The translations under genes were made by a program, and so were the position numbers. Source: the human T2T-CHM13v2.0 reference genome, Homo sapiens. From it: a DNA stretch of 64,000 bases. The notes beneath the pieces are model-generated. The model did not search any database. It worked only from the letters and a program-made list of their open reading frames with translations, and had not been told where the DNA came from. Position 1 is the first letter of the stretch, and each line of letters begins with the position of its first letter. The DNA lies in NCBI RefSeq assembly GCF_009914755.1, contig NC_060931.1, one strand, 5' to 3'. This document shows positions 28,952-43,600 of this stretch, piece by piece.

Positions 28952-29722
28952 CCACAAAAGTATTTACTTGATTAATGGTATGTAAAGTTACATACATACT
29001 TACAAAAATAATTAAACATTGGGCAGGCATGATACACATCAACCTCAAGTTATTTTTATATTTCTGAATGCAGGGGGCTAGAAAATAAACATTTTTAAGT
29101 GTACCTGTGGAATATTTTTAAGTTTTTAAAAAATATGGTAAAATTTAACATTATTATACTAGACATTTAGGTAGAGAGTAATTGCTAATTTTTATGTGCG
29201 TGTGTGTGTAAATATATTTGAAAGAGTTTATACCTCTGGTTACAAATTAATTAAGGAAAAGCAAAATAATTTATCTCTATTACCTGAAAACACATCTTTC
29301 TAGATTCAAATAATCTAAAAATACACTCAAAATATTAGAGAAACTATTGTAAATATTTAATATTAGTTTGGATTTTTACTGACAGCACAGAGAAACATTT
29401 TATTTGTATTGGTCTTTAATGATGAGTTAGCCTTCAAATAAAGTGAACACTTAGCAGCAATTTGAAGATCATTAACAAAAATGATTTTCAATGACTCTAC
29501 ACATGCTAATTACTAAATCTGGAATTGTTGATTGATTATAGAAATCTGAATTGTACTTGTTGGTGTATCAAAAGTGGCTTAAATTAAATTGAAACACAAT
29601 TATTTTAAACAATATTACTTGAAATACAAATCATGACACACCACAATTAAAATCCAAATTTATTTTTAAATTTTTGCAAAATATAACAATGTACTTCAAA
29701 AAAAGTTAACATTCTTGCCAGC

Positions 29723-32047
29723 TGATATGGTTTGCCTGTGTCCCCATCCAAATCTCATCTTGAATTGTAATCCCCATAATCCCCAAATATTGTGGGAGGG
29801 ACCCAGTGGGAAGTCATTGAATCATGGGGTCAGCTACCTCCATGCTGTTCGCATGATAGTGAGTGAGTTCTCATCAGATCTGATGGTTTTATTAAGGGCT
29901 TTTCTGTCTTTTGCTCAGCACTTCTTCTCCTTCCTGCCACCATGTGAAGAAGGATGTGTTTGTTTCCCCTTCCACCATGATTGTAAGTTTCCTGAGGCCT
30001 CCCTAGCCCTGCAGAACTGTGAGTCAATTAAACCTCTTTCCTTTATAAATTACCCAGTCTCAGGTATTTCTTCATAGCAGTGTGAGAACACAATAAATTG
30101 ATACTGGTCAAGTGGGATACTGTTATAGGGATACCCAAAAATGTGGAAGTGATTTTGGAACTGGGTAACAGGCAGAGGATAGAACACTTTGGAGGACTGA
30201 GAAGAACACAGGAAAATGTGGGAAAGTTTAGAATTTCCTAGAGATTTGGAGGGCTCAGTATACAGGAAGATGTGGGAAACTTTGGAACTTCCTAAAGACT
30301 TGTTGAATGGTTTTGACGAAAATGCTAATAGTGATATGAACAACAAAGTCCAGGCCAAATCGGTCTGAGACAAAGATGAGGAACTGGAGTAAAGGTCACT
30401 CTTGCTATGCTTTAGTAAAGAAACTGGCAGCATTTTCCCCCTGCCCTAGACATCTGTGGAACTTTGAAGTTGAGAGAGATGATTTAGGGTACCTGGAAGA
30501 AGAAATTTCTAAGTGGCAAAGTGTTCAAAAGGAAGCAGAGCATAAAAGTTTGGAAAATTTGATTTGTAGCCTACCAATGTGATAGAAAAGAAAATCCCAT
30601 TTTCTGGGGAGAAACTCAAGCTGGCTGTAGAAATTTGCATAAATAACAAGTAGCAAAATGTTTATCACCAAGACAATGGGGAAAATGTCTCCAAGGTGTG
30701 TCAGAGACCTTCAAGGCAGTTCCTCCCATCACAGGCCCGGAGGCCTAGGAGGGAAAAATGACTTCCTAGATGTGGTCCAAGACACCCCTGCTGTGTGCAG
30801 CCTCAAGACTGTGTCCCAGCCATGCCAGTCATGTCACAAAGGAGTCATGTCACAAAGGTACAGCTCAGGCTGTTGCTTCAGAAGGTGCAAGCCCCAGCCT
30901 TGGAGCTTCCATGTGGTGTTGGCATGGGTACACAGAAGATAAGAATTGAGGGTTGGGAACGTTTGCCTAGAATTCAGAAGATGTATGGAAACACCTGAAT
31001 GCCCGGGAAGATGTTTGTTGCAGGGGTGGAGACCTCATGGCCTCTGCTAGGGCAATGCAGAAGGAAAACGTAGGGTCAGAGCCCCCACACAGAGTCCCCA
31101 CTGGGGCACTGCCTAGTGGAGCTGTGAGAAGAAGGCCACCATCCTCCAGACCACAGAATGGTAGATCCACCAACAGCTTGCACCATGCACCTGGAAAAGC
31201 CACAGACACTCAATGCCAGCACCAACCATGAAAGTAGTGGTGACAGGGGGCTATACCCTGCAAAGCCACAGAGGCAGAGCTTTCCAAGGCCATGGGAGGC
31301 CACCTCCTGCATCCGCTTGACTTGGATATGAGAAATGGAGTCAAAGGAGATCATTTTGAAATTGTAAGGTTTAGTGAATATCCTATTAAATTTCAGACTT
31401 GCATAGAGCCTGTAGTCCCTTTATTTTGGCCAATTTCTCCCATTTGGAACAGGTGTATTTACCTGATGCCTGTACCCCCATTGTATGTAGAAAGTAACTA
31501 ACTTGCTTTTGATATTACAGGTTCATAGGCAGAAAGGACTTGGTTTGTCTCAGATAAGACTTTGAACTCAGACTTCTGGGTTAATACTGGAATGAATTAA
31601 GACTTTGGGGGACTGCTGAAAGGGCATGGCTGGTTTTGAAATGTGAGGACATGAGATGTGGGAGGGTCTAGGGGCAGAATGATAAGGTTTGACTGTGTAC
31701 CCACCAAAATCTCATCTTAAAGAGTAGTTCTCATTATCCCCACATGCCATGGGAGGGACCCGGTGGGAGGTAATTGAATCATGGGGTGGTTACCCTCATG
31801 CTTTTCTCATGATAGTGAATGAGTTCTCACAAGATCTGATGGTTTGGGAAGAAGTTTTTCCACCTTTTTCTTGGCACTTCTTCTCTTTCCTACCACTATG
31901 TGAAGAAGGACATGTCTGCGTCCTCTTCCTCCATGATTGTGAGTTTCCCAAGGCCTCTCCAGCCATGTAGAACTGTGAGTCAATTTCCTTTATAAATTAC
32001 CAAGTCTCAGACATTTCTTCATAGCAGCATGAGAATGGACTAATACA
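29723..32047 (+). mobile_element. THE1D MaLR provirus: 5' LTR 29723-30092, internal, 3' LTR 31680-32047
   Basis: Two THE1D-type LTRs share the cacttcttctc variant. Polypurine tract before the 3' LTR. TSD ccagc/ccagt. Confidence 0.92.
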
Positions 32048-32078
32048 CCAGTCATCCACATCAAATAAAGAAAATGTA

Positions 32079-32375
<297 letters not shown>

Positions 32376-32457
32376 GTAATACCAGCCACATACAAATTGA
32401 TGCTCCAGGATCAAGATTATGTGAGAGCACAAACCAGGAGAAAATAATATCACTTCT

Positions 32458-32788
<331 letters not shown>

Positions 32789-33198
32789 TCATTTAAAAAA
32801 ATGATATCTTGTATGATAATTGGAATTATACTATACAAATGTGGTAATCCTTTTTCCCCACTACAATAGCTCATGTACTTCTATTTTGTTTTAATATTAA
32901 CCTATAACTTACTTTTTGATTACTGCACAATAAAATTGCACTATAATCTATTAAATTACTATCTTATTTTAGTTATTTATTTTGTATCCAGTCTTTTGAA
33001 ATCAACATTTCTATGTACATTCATGTAAATTTAAGGTAAATTCCTACAAATGAACCACTGGTTTAATGTCTGTACATTTTTAGACTATATTTTCTAGAAC
33101 AGTTTTTAGATTTGCAGAAAAACTGAGTAGAAAATACAGAGCATTCTTATATATTCCACACCCATTTTTCCCTAATATTAACATCTTACATTAGCATG

Positions 33199-35979
33199 TG
33201 ATATGGTTTGGATTTGTGGTCCTAGCCAAATCTCATGTGAAATTGTAATACCCACATGTTAAAGGAGGGGACTGGTGGGAGGTGATTGAATCATGGGGGC
33301 AAATTTCCCCCATGTTGTCCTCATGGTAGTGAATGAGTTCTCATGAGACCTAATGGTTTCAAAGTATGTGGCACTTCCTTGCTTGCTCTGTCTCTCTCTC
33401 CTGCCACCATATGAAGAAGGTCCTTTCTTCCCTTTTGCCTTCTGCCATGATTGTAATTTTCCAGAGGCTTTCCAGTCATGCTTCCTGTTAAGCCAGCAGA
33501 ACTGTGAGTCCATTAAAATTCTTTCCTTCATAAATTATTTAGTCCCAGGTAGCTCTTTATAGCAGTGTGAGAATGGACTAATACAGAAAATTGGTACCAG
33601 AAGTGGGGTACTGCTATAAAGATACCCAAAAATGTGGAAGTTACTTGAAAGTGGGTAATAAGCAGAGCCTGGAAGAGTTCAGAGGACTCAGAAGAAGAGA
33701 GTAAAATGTGGAAGAGTTTGAAACTTCTGAGAGATTTTGGGGGCCCAGAAGATAGAAAGATGTGGGAAAGTTTGGAACTTCCTAGAGACTTGTTGAATGG
33801 CTTTGACCAAAATGCTGATTAGTGATCTAGACAATGAAGTCCAAGCTGAGGTGGTCTCAGAGATGAGGATCTGGAGTAAAGGTTACTCTTGCTATGCTTT
33901 TAGCAAAGAAACTGGCAGCATTTCCCCCCTCTAGGGATCTGTGGAACTTTGAAGTTGAGAGAGATGATATAGGGTATCTGGTGGGAAAAATTTCTTAGCA
34001 GCAAAGCATTCAAGATGTGACCTGTTTCTAAAAGTTTACGCTCACATGTAAAAACAAAGAGGTGGTCTGAAACTGGAACTTATATTTAAAAGGAAAGCAG
34101 AGAATAAAAGTTTGGAAAATTTGTAGTCTGGTCATCTGGTAGAAAAGAAGAACCCGTTTTCTGGGGAAAAATTCAAGCCTGCTGCAGAAATGTGGGTAAA
34201 TAAAGAGGAGCCAAATGTCAACAGCCAAGGCAATGGGGAAAGTGTCTCCAGGGCATTTCAGAGACATTCACAGCAGTCCCTCCCATCACAAGCCCAGAGG
34301 TCTAACAGGGAAAAATGGTTTCCTGGGCCAGGCCCAGGGGGCTGCTGCTCTGTGCAGCCTCAGGACATGGTGCCTTGCATCCCAGCTGCCTCAGCTCCAG
34401 CCATGGCTAAGATAGAACAAGGTACAGCTCCAGTTTTTGCTTTAGGGGGTGCATCCCCAAGCCTGTGAATTTGTCCATTTTCATGCTGCTGAAAAAGACA
34501 TACCCTACATTGGACAATTTACAAAAGAAAGAGGTTTAATGGACTACAGTTCCATGTGGCTGGGGAGGCCTCACAATCATGTCAGGAGGCAAGGAGGAAC
34601 AAGTCACATTTTACCAGGATGGTGGCAGGCAAAAAGAGAGTTTGTGCAGGGAAACTTCCCCTTGTAGAACCATCAGATCTCCTGAGACTTATTCACTACC
34701 ACAAGAACAGCTCAGGAAAGACCAGCCTCCATGATTCAATTATCTCCCACTGGGTCCCTCCCAAAACCTGTGGGAATTATGGCAGTACAATTCAAGATGA
34801 GATTTGGGTGAGGACACAGAGCCAAACCATATTACCTTGGCAGCTTCCATGTGGTGTTGGGTCTGCTTGTGTGTAGAAGGCAATAGCTGAAGTTTGATAA
34901 CTTCTGCCCAGATTTCAGAGGACGTACGAAAATGCCTGGATTTCCAGGCAGAAGTCTGCTGCAGGGCCAGAGCCCTCAGGGAGAACATCAACTAGGCCCG
35001 TAAGAAAGGGAATGTGTGGTTGGATCCCTACACAGAGTCCCCACTGGGGCACTTCCTAGTGGAACTGTGAGAAGAGGGCCACCATCCTCCAGACCCCAGA
35101 ATGGTAGATCCTTTGACAGCTTGCACTATGCATCTGGAGAAACCACAGGAACTCAATGCCAACTTACAAAACCAGCTGTGTGGGCTGTACCCTGGAGAGT
35201 CACAAAGGCAGAGCTGCCCACGGCCCTGGAAGCCCAGTCCTTGCATCAGCAAGCCCCGGATGTGACACATGGAATTAAAGAAGGTTATTTTTGAGCTTTA
35301 AGTTTTAATGACTTCCCTGCTGGCTTTTGTACTTCCATAGGACCTGTAGCCCATTTGTTTTGGCCAATTTCTCCCTTTTGGAATGGGAGTATTTACCAAA
35401 GCCTGTACCCCCATTGCATCTTTGAAGTAACTAACTTGTTTTTGATTTCACAGGTTTATAGGTGGAAGGGAATAGCCTTGTCTCAGATGAGACTTTGGGC
35501 TTGGACATTTGTGTTAATGCTGGAATGAATTAAAACTTTGAGGGACTGCTAGGAAGGCATGATTGTGTTGTAAAATGTGAGAAGGACGTGAGATTTGGGA
35601 GGGGTCAGGGGCAGAATGATATGATTTGGATTTGTGGCCCCAGGCAAATCTCATGTCGAATTGTAATCCCCGTGTGTTAAAGGAGAGGCCTCATGGGAGG
35701 TGACTGGATTATGGGACTGATTTCCCCTATGCTGTTCTCATGAGAGCTGATGGTTTAGAAGTGTGTGGCACTTCTTCCTTGCTCTCTTTCTCTCCTACCA
35801 CCATGTGAAGAAGGTCTTTGCTTCTCCTTCAGCTTTCACTATGATTGTCAGTTTTCTGAGGCCTCCCAGTCGTGCTTCCTTTTAAGCCTGCAGAACTGTG
35901 AGTCAGTTAAACCTCTTTTCTTCCTAAATTACCCAGTCTCAGGTAGTTCTTTATAGTAGTGTGAGAAAAGACTAATACA
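33199..35979 (+). mobile_element. MSTA MaLR provirus: 5' LTR 33199-33585, internal, 3' LTR 35617-35979
   Basis: Paired LTRs tgatatggtttggatttgtgg...gactaataca with MaLR internal sequence. TSD gcatg/gtatg. Confidence 0.9.
34466..34834 (-). mobile_element. THE1B solo LTR nested in the MSTA internal region
   Basis: Antisense LTR (caatttacaaaagaaagaggtttaatggac...gccaaaccatatta) interrupts the host sequence aagccttggcagcttcc. Target cc(t)tg is duplicated. Confidence 0.9.
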
Positions 35980-37081
35980 GTATGGTACATATGTTATAAT
36001 TAATGAACCAATATTAATATATTATTAATGAAAGTTCCTAATTTTTTCAGATTTCCTTAGTTTTTCCCTAATGTACTTCTTCTGGTCCAGTGTGGTTTTT
36101 CTCTATTTGGCATACCACATTTACATTTTGGGTTCATATCTCCTTATACTTCTCTTGGCTGTGGCAGTTTCTCAGTTTTTGTTTTTGATGGTCTTCACAG
36201 TTTTGAGGATTGCTGTTCAGGTATTTTTTAGGCTGCCCCACCACAGGAACTTGTCTGATGTTTCTCTCATGATAACAGTGTGGTTATGATTTCTTGGCAG
36301 GAAGACCACAGAGGTCAAGGGCCATTTTTACTACATAATATCAAGGGTACATGTCATCAACATGATTTATAATTGTTGATTTGACCTTGGTCACCTGTCT
36401 AAAGCAGTGTTTATCAGGTTCCTTGGAAAACTTGCTCTTTATTTTTCCCCCTTGCATACTATACCCTTTGGAAGGAGGTCACTATGTACGGCTCCTACCT
36501 AAAAAGTGGGGAGTTATGCCTCCCTCCTTGGGGGCAGACTATCTGCATACAATATTTGTAATTCTTCTGAATGGATTATTTGTACCCCCCTAGTTATTCA
36601 ATTATCCAAACATTTATTTATATCAATGTAAATACAAATAACTTCATGATATTTATTTTATACTTTGGATTATAATCAATATTACTTTCTTTATTTTGCT
36701 TCTCAAATTTTTCTAGCTTTGGCCATTGAGACCACTTTCAGTTGGCTTCTGTGCCCCTCTGCAAAGTCTATAGATTTCATTCCATTTTTTATCATAAAAA
36801 CTTTAATTACACAGAAAAGTTGAACAAATTACAATGATCATTTATATAATCACCACCTAGAATCAATTCAATAATTTTTAACATTTTACCATGTCTGCTC
36901 ATTTCTCTCAATATATATATTTGTTTTTTTTATTCTTGTTGGATTATTTTACAGTAAGGTGCAGGCACTTCATCCCTGAATACTTAAAGCATTCAACACC
37001 CACAAATAAAGATATTCTTCTACGGATAACATTTCACATTTTAGGAAATAATAATTCTCTGATATAATCTAATTACTCAAT

Positions 37082-37443
37082 TGTATTACTTTATTTTCAT
37101 GCTGCTAATAAAGGCATACTTGAGACTGGGTAATTTGTAGAGGAAAAAGGTTTAATGGACTCACATTTCCGCATGGCTGGGAAGGCCTTGCAATCATGGC
37201 AGAAGGTGAAGGAAGAGCAAAAGACATCTTACATGATGGCACGCAAGACAGTGTGTGCAGGGGAACTCCCCTTTATAAAACCACCAGATCTTGTAAGACT
37301 TATTCACTATCACTAGAACAGCATGGGAAAAACCGCCTTTATGACTCAATTACCTCCCATCAGGTCCCTGCCACAAAATGTGCGGCTTATGGGAGCTACA
37401 ATTCAAGATAAGATTTGTGTGGGGACATGGCCAAACCATATCA
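37082..37443 (-). mobile_element. THE1C-like solo LTR
   Basis: tgtatta...ccaaaccatatca termini. TSD tcaat/ccaat. Confidence 0.9.
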
Positions 37444-37604
37444 CCAATCCATACCCAAATATCATAAATTATACCAGAAAAGACACTCCAGTGGTTTTGG
37501 TTTTGTTTGTTGAGCCTGGATCCAACAAAAAGTCATTCCTCTTTAGCCTCTAGAACATTATCCTAACCATCCTACCCTTTTAGGGTGGTTCCCTTCAAAC
37601 CTGA

Positions 37605-37922
<318 letters not shown>

Positions 37923-38375
37923 ATCTTTTTTTTTATAGGTAAAGATTTTTCTTTTTTTCTCTCATTTACTCATTGAAAAAGAATCCTAGCTACCAGTTGT
38001 GCAGTCCAGCAAGAAAGCCAACTGTCTTTCATTGTCTTTATTTGATATGTTTATTTTCCAATGCCTCATCAATATGACTTCCCATTAATCCTCAGAAAAG
38101 CTCACAGGAATGCAAGTCAGTGGTATTTTTATCTATATTCTATCTAGCAATACTCCCTACAGTCACTGATAGTTGAAAGGTAATGTTCATATTATCTAAT
38201 GCTCTTTAAGATTTTGTCCTTTTTCTTATTCTTGAGAATAAAAATGCAGTGTAACTGAATACCAATGATTGTACCCCTGACTATACTTAGTCAAGATTAT
38301 TTTAGTTCCTTTTTTAACAGTCTACTCAGCATTACAAACTAACACAGGATTTAATTCAAAGGCAATCAATAGACT

Positions 38376-38416
38376 ACACACACACACACACACACACACT
38401 CACACAGACACACACA
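38376..38416. repeat. (CA)n microsatellite
   Basis: Directly visible. Confidence 0.95.
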
Positions 38417-39575
38417 AAGTTCTCATGAGCTTAAATAGAAGAAGGAAAGATTTGACACGGTTCTTAATTATTTCGGTGTTAAAATGTAGTTTTTCCCACT
38501 TATTCCTATTTAAAAAGTTTAATATTAATTTAGCAGAGGCAATGTTAAGTGCAGTTAAAACTGCTAACAAAAAAGTTACAATGTTCCAAATACCCATCTT
38601 AAATAGTCTTTACCCTATTTAAATATATATGGATAAGTCAGATCGGCATTAAAACTTTGGAATTAAAGCAATGATCAGAGGGCAAACAAAAATATAAGTT
38701 TAGTTTCCTTACCAATATCTATGCTAACATACATTCCCAGCTGAATAATTGGACACACGATCTGAGGACTCTAATGAAAACACAGACAAATGCAAGATAA
38801 TATGTGCAATTGTGATTCTCCAAAAGAATTTAGGATTCATGGTTGAAACAGTAATATCATGTTAGAATAAAGATTGCTTTACAAGGTCATGGAAATAAAT
38901 TTATACAATCTAAAAATGGTTTCACTCACATCATACAGTATTTGAAAATATTCTACCCTTCCCCAAGTGTTTATTTGTTTGTTCACATTTTGAGGCTTTA
39001 CTCATTTTTTTCATAGACTAACCTTTAAAATAAATTCTGGTTTTAAACTGCTTTGAGTTTATATCTATTTATTTTTTAATTCCATGTTTATTCTAAACAG
39101 TAGTGCATATAATTTACTTGCATGTACTACTGCAATTTAGGTAGGTAGGTAGGGCAAGTAAATTTATAGGTGATAAAATTAAGCTTGGTATGAATGTATA
39201 GGAATATTAACGAAGCATCCAATAGCCCCTCGTATAGTTTCCCAACCGTCCCCAAAAATGTCCTGGGGGCTTCATTTTGTAGGCAACACCAGTGATCCCA
39301 TGGGTTTACTACACCACACGCTGGCACATGAAATAAGTGACATAAAAGCTTCACTGCTCCCATGATTATCTCATTGCTTACAGCCTTAACAGAGTGTCCC
39401 TGGGCCAAAATTACACAGTCTCTTTTTCCTTTCCATGTGAAGAACCTTTGTAAAATAGCTATTATGCCTCTATTCCTCTGCAGTATACTTTAAATAAATG
39501 GCTAGAATGTAAGAACAGATAATTAGCTCAAATTAACCTGAATTTTTCTTATCGATTTGGCACATTTATTGCTGT

Positions 39576-39661
39576 ATGTGCTACAAAGTCATGGTAATTG
39601 GTTTTTACATTTTATTCAAGATATGCCCATTATATGGACCTTTGACTTGGTGCCTAGGTCC
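39576..39661 (+). repeat. 86-bp dispersed direct repeat, copy 1
   Basis: Aligns without gaps to 41772-41857 (75/86 identical, 43-bp perfect core). Confidence 0.92.
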
Positions 39662-41771
39662 CTCTACAGATAGAGAAATAGTCATTAAATATTTAGCCTA
39701 TGTCTCATAAGGCTGCTATAGCAGTTTGTATGCTTTTAAATTTATTTTCCCTTAATATTTGAACTTACATTGACACTGTCTAGTTTCCAACCATTTAGCT
39801 TTTCATCATAAAAGTCACATGGATTTTTTTCTTTCCAAGTACAAAGTTTCTTTGCCTTTGTAAAGGGATTAGAGTTTATTCTAACAACTGTTTTCCAAAC
39901 ACTGATTTTATCTTAATGAGTTTTCATGAAAATAATCTTCTCCCTACAGAACTAATTTTAATCATCACCACCAGTAAATGTTTTTACATGTGACTTATTG
40001 TTAGTGCCTTTTGTTTCCTGATCAGGGTTTTCCTGCAGGATTCACTTTCACAGCTAGTTTGTGTTTGAGGCTATGTGTTTTCAAAACAGATAATGACTGA
40101 ATAAAGAAGCAAACTTGTTAAAATACAAATCAGCGCAATATCAGTTGCCTAAATATCTTCTTATAAAGATTCTCATCAGGCCATTTAAAAATATTAAATA
40201 AAACAATATACATTTGGGAAGAAGGAGCTTATCTGTGAGACTAGTTTTTATTAGTTTAATATGGTACATGTTATGTGCATTTGAAATGAATACTTCGTTC
40301 ATCAGCCAAGTAAAATATCATCAACGAAACTATGACATTAATTTCCATAAGATTTGTATTCATTTTATTCTACTTTTCTTTCCTCGGAATAGAATTGTCA
40401 ATTTTCTGCTTTCACATGGAAAAAGTTTCCATGCACATTTATGTAGACATGTACTTTTTCTTTAAATCTAAGCATGCAATTGTATGTGGTTAATGGATAA
40501 CATTAAGTCTGTTTTTATTGTTTTCACCTGTTATGTCATAAATGGAAACCCTTTTATTTAATGGCCAAGAATCAAAACCACTGTAATGCAAAATACTTTT
40601 CTGTTTTATTTTTCCTTATTTAAATTCAGAATTCCCAATCTCTTCGGGATAAATTGCCTTGCAAACCTTGATTAAATTATCTAGGCACAGCTGTATATAG
40701 AAGTGCAAGCCTAGTAAATATTTGCAATCCATTATATTCTCTGCTTTGGTGATTAACAGTCCATAAAGAGATTTTAAGCAAAGCTATGAGTTTAATCTAT
40801 TCAGGCTTTACATCTAGGATGCCACACTGAACCAGGCTGTTATAGGAGAAAGTCAATGGTGCAGCCACAATTTCTAAACTACAACAGTGAATTTTTTAAA
40901 ACCCCAAGGAATTGCAGGCCCATTTACTCCATCTGTGGTACATGTGAGGTAAATAGGAGCAAGGGTGTGTGAGACTTCAGTTACTGAATATAATGACTCT
41001 TGCGGGCATCCAGGGCTAACAAAACACACGTTAGCATACACTAGAGGGTTTAGTGTCTTCCACAATGTGAGGGAGAAAGACTTGTTACAGTAAAACCAAA
41101 CTGCCCAAAGAACTGATCACTATCTTTATTTCCAAGCAGCTAATATGATATGAAGCTTTACAAAAATAGTTAAAATTAATTGATATTTTAAAAATCTATT
41201 TTTTTCCATAATTAGGAGACTTAGTTCCATTATTTCCAAATGTGTCTTTACAAAAATACAATAAACTTAATGTAGTGAGAGTATAATCTGTCAAAATGCA
41301 TCTTTGTAACATCCAACAATTAAAACTGAGAAATAACAGAAAAGAGAAAATAAAACAGTTAAAGGAAACTGTGTCATTTTCACATATTCCTTTCGAGACA
41401 CTAATTTGTTCAAGCAGTACAATAATTAAGTGACAGTCATTTGATTGAGGATCCATATCTAAGACCCAGATGGTGTTCAGGTTTAGCTTATTTAGCAGGT
41501 TTACCTTGAGCAGGGCATTTGAAATGTTAACAAACAAACAAATCGGGAAGCTCTTGAGTAACAAAACAGTCTGATAGCTATCATTATTAAAACAGAAACA
41601 GAGAAGTGTTAAAGAATCAGATTTGAGGCGTATTGGAAATTCTACCTGCTATTAATTCCACTTAGTCATCTCCTTATTTGAGAGTGGCATGCCTATGGAA
41701 ATAAAATAAAATAAATGGCTACATCAAATACAATTTCACAATTCTTGTACTGACACCATGTCAATACATGA

Positions 41772-41857
41772 ATATGCTACAAAGCTGTGGTAATTGGTTT
41801 TTACATTTTATTCAAGATATGCCCATTATACAGACCTTCAACTTGATGCCTAAATCC
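41772..41857 (+). repeat. 86-bp dispersed direct repeat, copy 2
   Basis: Aligns without gaps to 39576-39661. Confidence 0.92.
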
Positions 41858-42130
41858 TAGAGCTTCTTTCTTTGTCCTTTCATTTTATTTCCCCTTTCCA
41901 AGCTATGGACCTGTATGTAGGTGCTTGTATCTTCACTTGGCTTTTTCTGTATACATGGAGACTTTACTAAGTGGTCTTAGAAGCTAACAAAAATAATTCT
42001 ATGTATGTATCTATTTATCTATCCATCCATTTCTTCTCTACTTCAATAATTTGAGGTAGATCGACTAAGTAAAATAGGATTTAAAAAAGGAATGATTACA
42101 GAAATTGAGTCAAAATAAAAATGAGAATAA

Positions 42131-42730
<600 letters not shown>

Positions 42731-43600
42731 CTATTGAAAGCCTATAATTTTCAAGTACATAGCATCCTAATGGTGCCATAGACTAAAAAAGATATATTTG
42801 AAAATTGAAAAAAAATAGAAAGTACATCCTTCAAACAATTTTCCATGAGCGCTATTAATCACACTTCAAATTTTGTCATTAAAATTAAGCAATTCTAGAT
42901 TATAAAAAGCAAAAATTACTAACACAAAATTCTGATAAAATGAAGTAAGTCTACATCCACAAAATATTAAAAATTGTAGATTTAGCTTAAAATCTTTGTT
43001 GAACTTGGATATATTTCTACAATATACAATATGTGCTGAAGACATAATTGTATTTCAGCTTTCATGTTCCAAAATCCAGCTTTCAAAGAATATCTAAAAT
43101 ATATGAGGCTGATATTATTTACATTTTACAGATCATAATTAAAGTTCCTTTTTTTCATGTAAAATTTAATATAAGCAATTGGGTATATTTTCCTAAAAGA
43201 AGATAAATTAATTGTGAACACTCCAGAAGGGTGAGCCTAATGTCGATCAGGGTCAAAAGCTACAGTTAATTTCTAAGGAGATGTTTGGGAGGTAAGTAAA
43301 AATGTGATCACTAGAAACCAGCATGAATTCACCAATAATATCCAGACTACCATCATTTTCCTTTTGAAACCTTTTAGTCTTACATACTAAGGAAAGGTGG
43401 ATATATAATATATTCAAACATAAGCAAAGTATGTTACACTGTTCCTCAATCGGTTCTTGAGAACAATATGACCAATTATTAATTAAAAATCTTTACAATT
43501 AAGGAGATTTGGAATCATATTAAGGGAGTTGACAATCTAAAGTAGGGACCCTAAAGATAAACTTCTGTCTATTCTTTTTAACATTTTTAAAAATTTAGGT

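Larger units (their letters stand above)
33080..36760 (-). mobile_element. L1MC3/L1MD-type 3' end, split by the MSTA provirus (pieces 33080-33198 and 35980-36760)
   Basis: aacatcttacattagcatg and gtatggtacatatgttataattaatgaaccaatatt join seamlessly across the MSTA insertion. Confidence 0.8.

Noticed and set aside
39127-39408. 93-aa minus-strand ORF in unique DNA near the direct repeat
   Set aside because: Non-ATG start, no recognisable homology and no clear splice boundaries.
43289-43297. Perfect splice donor GAG|GTAAGT
   Set aside because: No convincing acceptor upstream. Isolated matches are expected in 64 kb.
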